A stretch of 60,314 nt of DNA from Bilabrum cf. latius (lineage: Eukaryota). Position 1 is the first letter of the stretch. Each line of letters begins with the position of its first letter. Of this stretch, positions 51,239-60,314 are shown one piece after another. The stretch spans positions 868,001 through 928,314 of the forward strand of contig OZ237760.1 of the NCBI GenBank assembly GCA_965178125.1, read 5' to 3'. Made by a program: the position numbers and the translations under genes. The notes under the pieces were generated by a model that was given only the letters and a program-made list of their open reading frames with translations, searched no databases and was not told where the DNA came from.

Positions 51239-51747
51239 TTAGGGTAGGGTTAGGGTTAGGGTTAGGGTTAGGGTTAGGGTTAGGGTTAGGGTTAGGGTTA
51301 GGGTTAGGGTTAGGGTTAGGGTTAGGGTTAGGGTTAGGGTTAGGGTTAGGGTTAGGGTTAGGGTTAGGGTTAGGGTTAGGGTTAGGGTTAGGGTTAGGGT
51401 TAGGGTTAGGGTTAGGGTTAGGGTTAGGGTTAGGGTTAGGGTTAGGGTTAGGGTTAGGGTTAGGGTTAGGGTTAGGGTTAGGGTTAGGGTTAGGGTTAGG
51501 GTTAGGGTTAGGGTTAGGGTTAGGGTTAGGGTTAGGGTTAGGGTTAGGGTTAGGGTTAGGGTTAGGGTTAGGGTTAGGGTTAGGGTTAGGGTTAGGGTTA
51601 GGGTTAGGGTTAGGGTTAGGGTTAGGGTTAGGGTTAGGGTTAGGGTTAGGGTTAGGGTTAGGGTTAGGGTTAGGGTTAGGGTTAGGGTTAGGGTTAGGGT
51701 TAGGGTTAGGGTTAGGGTTAGGGTTAGGGTTAGGGTTAGGGTTAGGG
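51239..51747 (+). repeat. Interstitial telomeric array 3
   Basis: Begins TTAGGGTAGGG, then (TTAGGG)n. Confidence 0.99.
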
Positions 51748-51805
51748 TATCTAATATAAAGTCAGGGACAGGGTCGGGGAAAAAATATTTTCATCTTCAA
51801 TATTT

Positions 51806-52562
51806 GTCGAAAAAATACGACATAGGATCTCGGCAACCACATGAGATATGAAGACCGTTGAAACGGCATTGGGACGGCCTGGGGGCACAGCATGGGGCAA
51901 ATGTTCCCCAGGTTCCGTTTTGGTCGCGCGGCGCCGATATGGCTCGATGAAGATTTACATGCTGCAAAAGTACGACATAGGATCTCGACAACCACAGGAG
52001 ATATGAAGACCGTTGAAACGGCATTGGGACGGCCTGGGGGCACAACATGGGGCAAATGTTCCCCAGGTTCCGTTTTGCTCGCGCGGCGCCGATATGGCTC
52101 GATGAAGATTTACATGCTGCAAAAGTACGACATAGGATCTCGACAACCACAGGAGATATGAAGACCGTTGAAACGGCATTGGGACGGCCTGGGGGCACAA
52201 CATGGGGCAAATGTTCCCCAGGTTCCGTTTTGGTCGCGCGGCGCCGATATGGCTCGATGAAGATTTACATGCTGCAAAAATACGACATAGGATCTCGGCA
52301 ACCACAGGAGATATGAAGACCGTTGAAACGGCATTGGGACGGCCTGGGGGCACAACATGGGGCAAATGTTCCCCAGGTTCCGTTTTGCTCGCGCGGCGCC
52401 GATATGGCTCGATGAAGATTTACATGCTGCAAAAATACAACATAGGATCTCGGCAACCACAGGAGATATGAAGACCGTTGAAACGGCATTGGGACGGCCT
52501 GGGGGCACAACATGGGGCAAATGTTCCCCAGGTTCCGTTTTGGTCGCGCGGCGCCGATATGG
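51806..52562. repeat. 155-bp satellite family 2, ~5 copies
   Basis: Period of 155 bp (51892, 52047, 52202, 52357, 52512); shares ATGGGGCAAATGTTCCCCAGGTTCCGTTTTG and GATGAAGATTTACATGC with family 1. Confidence 0.95.
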
Positions 52563-52840
52563 ACCAATGGTGAAGTTCATATCTTCAGAATTGTGTTGTT
52601 CATGTGTCCATAGTATGGGTATGGTGAAGACGGCAATGTATTTGCTTGATGGACCGCTTTGATATGTGGGTATTGATGGGTTTACAGTCAAGACTAATCA
52701 GAATGCCTCCTGGCTCCTAACACTTCGTCTTAACGGGTCACTGGCCGACACATTGGCAAACTCCTCTCACAAGCTGGCCCAGTAGCCACTGACCTCATTT
52801 GCCATCCTCCTGGCTGGCTCTCACTCCCCCTGACTGCCTC

Positions 52841-54421
52841 TCACTCGTCATCGGAGGAAGGCTCCGCTCCGACAGCTGCTAGGATCGCCTCCACAGCGTC
52901 CACGGCTTCCGCATTGAGATCTCCTTTCACCGTCTGCTCGAGGGCCGTCATCAGGTCTGCGAGCGTGCTCAACCCGTGGTCCCTCTCTGCAATTGTTTCC
53001 TCCACGTCCTCGACCATGTCTTCGATGGTCCGGCCGACGCCCATCGCGGTGTCATCGCAGGCAGCGAGGATGCGGTCCACCAGATTCCGCTGCTAGGGGG
53101 TGAAGCCGGGCTCCTCCATTCCACTGTTGTTGTCAGAGTCGTCCTGCTGGTTCTGGGCCTCGTTCTCTTCTTCCTCGTCCAGCTGCACCTCCTCGTCTTG
53201 CTGCATAAGCCCCATCGGAGCCTCGTCGTCGTCCTGCTCTCCAGCTGCTTGGTACCGACCACCGGTCTCCTCTTCATCTTCCTCAGAGTCCTGTCGATGC
53301 AGTGATGCTGCTGCTCCACTCCTTGCGCCACTTGCTCCCCTCTTCTCCTGTTCAACGGCGCGGCGAGCTCTTCCGGCATTGCCCAGATGGACGACAGGCG
53401 ATCGCTCGGGCTGCCTCTTAGCCCGAGGCGCGGCTCCAGCCGCCTTCTTGCCCTTCGGTTCTGCCGGTTGGGTACCTGTATCCCTCGACTTGCCCTTAGA
53501 CGTGCCCTTGGACTTGCCCGTCGACTTGCCCGCAGCCTTTGCCCAAGCCTTGGCCTTGGCCTTAGCCTTTTTCCTCTCCTTGGCTTCCGCCGCACGCTTG
53601 GCTCTGAGAAGATCGTTGAATGCTTGATCGGTCGAAGAGTCGCTGGACTCGCCAGAGGCACCCTCATGCTCGCTTTCCCCCGCTCCACTGGACTCTGAGT
53701 CGTCTGGTACCGTTCTGCTCTGGTCCCCCCGGGTCGTGTAGGCACTGTACTCCGCGGCATCCTTCTCGTCGTCGTCGTCGTCGTCGTCGTCCATGATACT
53801 GCGCATGCCCTTCCGCGTACGGGACGTGCCACTCGGCGCGGCAGCAGTGGCTCCCGAAGAACTACTTTGATCTCCTGCTGAAGCCCCGGCATGCTTATAA
53901 GCAGGCGTCTCAAGTACGTCTATGAAGAGAGCGTCCATGCCTCCGCGAGCACGCATTGTCGCCATGCCGGTTCCATAGTCACAGACGAGCTTCACTGTGT
54001 CCTTGTAGTACTTCCGGAGACCGTCCATGCCTGCCCTTAGCCACGAGTTCTTGGTGACAGAGTAACCGCTCTCGCGCAGGCCTGTGAGGAGCTCCCGCAT
54101 CTTCTGGAAGCCTGGTGAGCTGGAGCTCCTGGCTGATGGGCCAGGTGCTAGCCTGCTGTCAAGCGCGGTCAGTAAAACGATGGGCAGCTTCGACTCATCC
54201 AGCGCCAGGATGGCATCCACGCAGGCCTTGATGCCCGCCTTCTTGGTCCCTTTGTAGTGCTCGGTAGACCCGCAGAGCAACCCGCAGTCTTGGTGGAGGC
54301 CCACGAGAGAGATCAGTAGGACCTGCTTGGCCGCGGACGTGTCGACGCCTGAAGCCAGGGCGGCCACGACAGGGCGAGACTTGCTGGTGTGCTTGACGCT
54401 GTAGCTCTTTGCGGCGGCCAT
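52841..54421 (-). CDS. Orphan element protein, paralog C (~526 aa)
   Basis: ATG 54421 (MAAAKSYSVKHT), one TAG at 53093 at the same aligned position as paralog B, stop TGA 52841-52843. Globular-looking N-terminus, acidic and Lys-rich linkers, helical C-terminus. Confidence 0.8.
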
Positions 54422-54628
54422 GGTACTCTGCGGTGACAGGGGAACACAGGTGAGGTCACGAACAGACGCTTGAGTGCGGCAGGGAACACGGACACGAGAC
54501 CTAGAGGTACTCCAGGGCAAGCTCGAGGACACAAAAAAAGGGCCACGACCCCGCCCACTCGGTCTCAGACCCGGGACCCATGATGTTGGGTCGGCTCTCC
54601 AGTCGTGGGGGGCCGGACTCCAGCCCAG

Positions 54629-54728
54629 AAAAAAATAAAAAAAAAGATCGCCCCAACGGGAATCGAACCTCGGGGGTAGGCCGGGGTGCGATTACCAACC
54701 GTACGCAATACCACTCCACCACCACAGC
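54629..54728 (-). promoter_or_regulatory. Degenerate tRNA-like RNA polymerase III cassette (A box, B box, oligo-T)
   Basis: Minus strand: TGGTGGAGTGG (54721-54711, A-box-like), GGTTCGATTCCC (54669-54658, B box), then a T-run at 54645-54629. Acceptor and T stems pair poorly, so not called a tRNA. Confidence 0.55.
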
Positions 54729-55302
54729 AACCCACGCGAAACCGAAAAAAAAATACAGATTCGCATCAAAAGTGCACGCAACTTGCACTTGTCACGCCGA
54801 AACCTACCCGTTCACCCAACGAGCAGCGCGAAATCAGAAACAGTCATATTGCGCTCCTTGTATTCAATTGCAGAGGCGCATACTTGGCATATAGCTACTA
54901 TAGCATATTGTGCATACAACCCTAAAGCAAACGTGAGTCAAATCGATGGGGTATGCGTGGGGATTGCCTCGCGCAATGCGCTTGCTGCAACGTGGTTCAG
55001 ACGTTTGGCTCAATTGCGCGACAGCTAGCAATCGTTGGAACTAATCTCGCGCATATTATCAAATAATATAACATACTGCAAACAATTGCGCGGCGATATA
55101 TAGGCTGCGCGCCCAATGCTCACTTTGCGTGGTGTGGATGTGCTGCGACAACATTTGTGGTGGCCCGGATCAGGTTGCGGAACCCGATGCGCGGCACCGC
55201 CGTGACGAGTGCGCCACCAGGGAACAACGCATCGTACCATCATACTAATCACATCCCAAGTATATTATATATCCTTGTGGCATCTCTGTCCGCAGTCTGG
55301 TC

Positions 55303-58300
55303 ATGGCGCAGTCCACGTACGACGCCACCAAGCATGTGAAGGCTCTCGATTACCTCCGGGCCTTCCTGGACCGCCGCGCGAAGGGCTACGCTCAGAACCC
55401 GCATCGCGTGCGCATCGGAGTCCCAGGGCCACTTCAACCAGGAGGTGCCGCCCTGCCTGGCCCGCCGGCCGGCGAGGCGCAGGCCCAGATCCCGGCCCAG
55501 GTGGGGCCAGCGCCAGGCGGCCATGCCGCCGGGGGGGGCGATGCGGCAGGCCTGCCGGCCCCCGTCCCAGCTATCGGCGAGCATGCTCCGGAGCCCCAGC
55601 TCCAGCAGCAAGAGGGCGCCCAACAACCACCACCGGGTGCAGCTCTTGCTGCTGGCCAGCAGGCGATGCCCGCCGCCCCGCCCCAGCACCCCGCTGGTCC
55701 GGGTGCCAACCTGCCGGTCCCAGGAGGCCTGCAGCCCGAGCCGCCAGCTGGCGAGGCCGACGCCTTCCTCCCGATCCCGGAGCCCCAGCAGGAGCCTGCA
55801 GGTGGGCCAGCCGGTGTCGGTCCGGCCCCTCCAGCAGCCGAGCAGCAGCCAGCTGCCCAGGCTGCCCAGCACCAACTCGTCCCTGGGCCCGTGCCTCTCG
55901 CCGAGGTGCCCGTCCTGGCCGGGGTCGGCGCAGGGGAGGACGCGATGGGCAACGACGAGCCCCCAGAAGCGGTCCAGGCCATCTTCCTCGGGCGCCAAGC
56001 CGCCCACGCGGCCACCCTGGCAGCTCGGCAGGCCATGGTCTGGGATGCTCAGGGCCAGCAGCCGCTCTTCGGGGCAGAGGGAGGAGCGCCCGAGCTGCCC
56101 GTCCCTGGAGTCGTGTTCGCTGCCGGTGCAGAGGCAGCCGGCGCCCAAGGCGGTGGCGCAGGCCCAGACGCCGGAGGGGAGGTCGGTGCACCACCCGTGC
56201 AGGCATGGAACCTGGTCGTCGGCGACCCTGGGGGAGCGCAGGGAGAGGAGGCCCTGGCCGTCAACCTCCCGCCCGAGTACCGGTTCGGCATGCACGAGGC
56301 GACAGACGACCTCGCGCAGCACCCCATGCTGGCCTACCACATATGGGAGGTGGACGACGAGGCGGTGCAGGCCCTGCAGGGCCTGCTGACCTGCGTTGGC
56401 AGGCAGGAGCTGCCTCCCGAGGTGTGGAGGGCGCTCGCACCTCCAGTGATGGAGACGGTGACCATGCAAGGCATGCGGCGCTGGTGGGCGTACCAGAGGC
56501 GCGCCGTTGTCGTCGTGGACAGCCTCCTGCATGCCGAGACTGATGCTGCCGGCGTGGAGCAGCGCGCGCAGAGGCGCGGCCGCTTTCTCGTGCAGCTCGT
56601 TGGCTGGACTGACATCACCAAGATGCTGGAGAGCGAAGACCTGAACGAGGAAGGGGCTGCCTTCATTCGGAGCAAGCTGGCTTCGGTGGCGGTCAGCTTC
56701 TGGCCGTCTCCGATGCTGGCGGAGCCCGGGCTGCACAGCCACAAGCTCTCTCCGCTCCGCACGGAGTGGGATCACTACATCGAGTACAACCGCGTGGACG
56801 AGACGGTCTTTGACGCGGTCGGGCTCTCCGAGCAGCCTCCAGCGTTCATGTACGAGGACGAGGACGAGGACGAGATGGAGGAGGGGCCGGCGGCGCAGCC
56901 GGCTGGGGCGGAGGAGCATGCAGAGGGCGACGAAGATGCCGGGTATGAGGCTGGGGAAGGCGAGTGGGGTGGGGAAGGCCAGTGGGACTCGGACGGAGAC
57001 CAAGGTGGCGACGAGGAAGCGGATGGTGGAGATCCTGCCGCGGAGGCTTTCGGAGCTGCGGATGCCGAGCTGGAAGGCGAGCCTGAAGAGGAGCAGGAGG
57101 CCGCCCCGGATGTGCTGCGGAACCCACCAGACGGCATGGCGGCCCCCGTGGCGGTCCGCTCTGAGCTCTCCGATGTCGACGCCATGGAGGTGGTCGGGAT
57201 CCTATCCGGCGCCGGAGCCTCCCAGGAGGTGCAGACCAGCCCGTTCATGCTGGCGCTTGGGGGGCCGGTGTCACGGCTCCTGCTGGACGAGCCGCTGGAC
57301 CAAGCCTACGGCCTCATCGACGTGCTGATTGGAGCCGACTCGGCGACGCAGGATGGGGTCCTCTGCGGGCGCAGGGGTCTGCAGAGGGACGGGGGGCAGA
57401 TCAGGGTGCAGTCGGCCACGCAGCAGCACCAGCGCACCGAGGTGGACACGAGCGGCTCATCCAGGCCCCGGCTCGGCTACAGCATCGTCTTCAACCGGCA
57501 CATCCCCACGTAGGAGCGGGACAATCCCGGCACGCCGAGGAGTCACGGCGCGTACTACTCACCCCGCATCGACGTCGCGTACCTTGGACCGATGGGGATC
57601 CAGAACATGGGTGTGGATTCGGAGCCGCTGCGGCTGCACCGCATCCATCACGCTCTCCCTGCACCAGCAGGGGACCACGTGACCGTCCAATCCCTGACAT
57701 CGGACGTTCGAAGTGCAGCTCGTCGCTTCCACCAGAGCAGCGAGGAGGTTGGGGTGCTAGAGGAAGCTGAAGCGATCCTGGAGGGAAGCACCGGCACAGT
57801 GCGAGGCAATGCCAGGGCCGTGAAATCCGCACGTGCCACGCTCCGCAAGTACCTCACGATGATGCCCAAACAGCGCGGGGTCGGATCTGGCGACGTCTCG
57901 GTCTCTGTCCTCCTGGCGGGGGCGGCTGAGGTGCGAGTCGTGCTACCGGAGGGCGGTGTGGCTCGGGTGTTTGGCGTTGCTCACGCAGGGTCTGAGGAAG
58001 AGCAGGCCTCCTTGCGCACACTCGCGAGGCGCTGGAACATCCGGCGACTGGAGGGAATGCGCCTCGTTGGAACGCCGTTCGACCAGGCCGTGCAGTCGCT
58101 CCTGATTGGCATCGCAGGTGCCATCAACTACGTGAGAGAGAAGGAGGGGTACCGCGGGCCCGAGTTCATGGTGCAGTCGACCCCGAGGACTGCCACGACG
58201 GCGCAGGGACTCTCCGCATCGTACGCGATTGTAGCAACCGACTCGCCCGTCGGTGTCTCTCGCGGAAGCACCCACACCGAGACTTTGAGTCCTGGAGACC

Positions 58301-59697
58301 GTCACATGGGCGTGCGTGGGACTGCTGAGCCTGATGGCGGGCATCGCATCAGGCCCGGGTACTTCCTGTGCGAAGTGCTCCGGGTTCTGAGCGAGGACGC
58401 GGCCCTGCATCCCACCCAGGTCAGCCATCTGCCCCACAGGCTGAGATATCCTGACGGACTGAAGATCCAAGGGGTCCTGGCGTGCTCGATCTACCGAATC
58501 CTGGTCGTCGGGGGCCAGAACCAGGCGGCGGTTGCTGTGATGCGATCCCTGATGCTGCGACAGGCTCCGGCCGCTGGTGAGCCTGAGGAGGACCCTCCGG
58601 ACCACGGCGGGCACCCTGTAGTGTTTGTCGACCCTCTTGCCGCCGGGAGGGACGCCATCCGCATGGCGACGGAGCTCGGGCAACATCGACCAGAGATCCA
58701 GTGCCAGGACCCCGTGTTGCTCTCCATGGACCTGGGCTTCATGGCAGGTGGCGGCGACATGCACGCTGCGTTTCCGAGCGTGCTGGGCCTGCGTCATGCC
58801 ATGGCACTTGCGGGTGATGCCGTGGCCGACATCTCCTCCGTACCGGGCTTCGGACAGGTGGGGAGCTAGTTCGTCTTCCCAATGCAAGTGGATGAAGAGA
58901 ACGTGAACTGCCTGCTCATGAGCCCATCTCTGGGCAGTGTGCAGTTCAGGGCTCGTGCCAGAGGCGATACGCAAGCTGCCATGACTAAGCATGACTTTCA
59001 GCACGTGGCTGAGCTGGTATCGCAGGCCACCCGCGAGCGGGACGACGAGTTTGTTCGTAAGCTCTTGCCCGCGATGCTGAGCGTATCTCACGGGGTGCAG
59101 ATGTACGTCGAGCAGGCGTTCCGCTCCACGAGGCTCAGCGGCGACAGTCACCAACGGCTTGGGTCTCGGCTGTATGGTGAGCTGGAGCGATGCAGGCAGC
59201 AGGTTCCAAAGGTGGGGCGGGCTGCTGCGGCCACCATGGCAAGGGTTGCGCACGACGAGGCCACCGAGATCGCGTGTCGCAGGTTGCAGGCTATAGGTGA
59301 CGCTCGAGCATCGCTTCGCGTCGAATTCAGCATGGCAGGGCCCGGTCTTCTGATGGGACTAGCAATGGCGCTGGGACTTGAGGACGGACACGCCAGTCTC
59401 GTGGATGCCCTGGCGGAAGGAACGTCGACAGTTCGAGCGCCCTTCTTTGACACAGTTGCTGCCATGGTGCAGCGGGAGGTGGCGCATGCCGTCACGCGGG
59501 ACTTGGAGGAGGCGGTCCGAGGGGCCATGGCTACGGCGGCCAGTATCGAGATAAAGGCTATGGCGGCTGAGCAGGTGTCGGACGGTTTAGCTGTTCAGCA
59601 GGCAGTCGCAGGGGAGCTGCGCATGCTTGCGCTGGATGTGTCGCAGATGGTGGCCCCCACCCAGACTGGGCAAGCCATGACCCGGTCCATCATGGGT
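55303..59697 (+). CDS. Long orphan ORF (>1,460 codons), 3'-truncated by telomere array 4
   Basis: Track ORFs 55303-57513, 57592-58869 and 58882 onward are one frame joined through TAG 57511 and 58867; no TAA or TGA before the G-run/TTAGGG junction. No family recognised. Confidence 0.75.
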
Positions 59698-60019
59698 TTA
59701 GGGGGGGGGGGGGGGGGGGTTTGGGTTAGGGTTAGGGTTAGGGTTAGGGTTAGGGTTAGGGTTAGGGTTAGGGTTAGGGTTAGGGTTAGGGTTAGGGTTA
59801 GGGTTAGGGTTAGGGTTAGGGTTAGGGTTAGGGTTAGGGTTAGGGTTAGGGTTAGGGTTAGGGTTAGGGTTAGGGTTAGGGTTAGGGTTAGGGTTAGGGT
59901 TAGGGTTAGGGTTAGGGTTAGGGTTAGGGTTAGGGTTAGGGTTAGGGTTAGGGTTAGGGTTAGGGTTAGGGTTAGGGTTAGGGTTAGGGTTAGGGTTAGG
60001 GTTAGGGTTAGGGTTAGGG
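59698..60019 (+). repeat. Interstitial telomeric array 4
   Basis: TTTA-G19-TTTGGG, then (TTAGGG)n to 60019. Confidence 0.99.
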
Positions 60020-60300
60020 TATCTGGGGGTCATGTTAGGATCGGGGCACGCCCTTTTTTTGACCAAAAAAAAAAACGCCGCACATTATATATATTTAGAT
60101 AGCCCTTGATCAGTAGAGCTGATTTATGGTTGGTTGGCGGCACTCATTTCCAATATTGAGTGAGATATGGGGAGGTTTAGGGTCACCAGTTGAGCGGATG
60201 ATTTTGGCAGGTCGTTTTAGGCATGTTCAAAGACGAATGGCCATTTGATTGTCTATGTTGTTATCAGAAATGGCCAACAATATGGTATGCATAGCTTGTG
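60020..60300. other. Unit D: short unrelated AT-richer segment that also starts with TATCT
   Basis: Starts TATCTGGGGGTC after array 4. The window ends TTTAGGGGGGGTTA, resembling the start of another array. Confidence 0.45.
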
Positions 60301-60314
60301 TTTAGGGGGGGTTA

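Larger units (their letters stand above)
51748..59697. mobile_element. Telomere-associated unit C (longest, diverged subfamily)
   Basis: Same ~50-bp left end as A and B, diverged 155-bp satellite, orphan ORF paralog, tRNA-like cassette, and a divergent long ORF cut by telomere array 4. Confidence 0.62.

Noticed and set aside
46018-52562. CRISPR array
   Set aside because: Units are near-identical along their whole length with no unique spacers, there are no cas genes, and the context is eukaryotic.
46024-52691. Repeated 87-89 aa ORFs (MGQMFPRFRF...) and (RV)n, (GL)n, (NP)n ORFs
   Set aside because: By-products of translating satellite and telomere repeats; 155 is not a multiple of 3 and there is no coding signature.
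54646-54728. Functional tRNA, possibly the UAG decoder
   Set aside because: Acceptor and T stems pair poorly, and the anticodon-position triplet reads GGT rather than CTA. Kept only as a tRNA-like Pol III cassette.
1-60314. Naming the organism (gene style is reminiscent of bicosoecid-like heterotrophic stramenopiles)
   Set aside because: No rRNA or other diagnostic marker in the window; this is an impression only and needs phylogenetic analysis.

Overview
Eukaryotic nuclear DNA from a compact, GC-rich, intron-poor genome of a flagellated protist (CEP120, MNS1, PEX10, COMMD9; GT-AG introns; TTAGGG telomere repeat), apparently running towards a chromosome end. Two main results. (1) Non-standard nuclear genetic code: about 65 in-frame TAG codons interrupt nearly every gene without a frameshift, conserved domains continue across them, and every reconstructed complete gene ends in TGA or TAA. 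UAG is therefore a sense codon (best fit Gln) while UAA is still a stop. This is why the supplied ORF track is fragmented; with TAG read through, bases 1-44.2 kb hold about 16 ordinary host genes. (2) From about 45.2 kb there is a tandem train of telomere-associated units separated by four long (TTAGGG)n arrays. Every unit starts with TATCT straight after the array. Units A-C share a longer left end and a 155-bp satellite, and are cut at different right-hand points and capped by new telomere. They carry paralogous orphan ORFs, a tRNA-like Pol III cassette and a truncated >1,460-codon orphan ORF. I recognise no reverse transcriptase, transposase or integrase. All calls come from manual translation and motif recall; no database searches were run.
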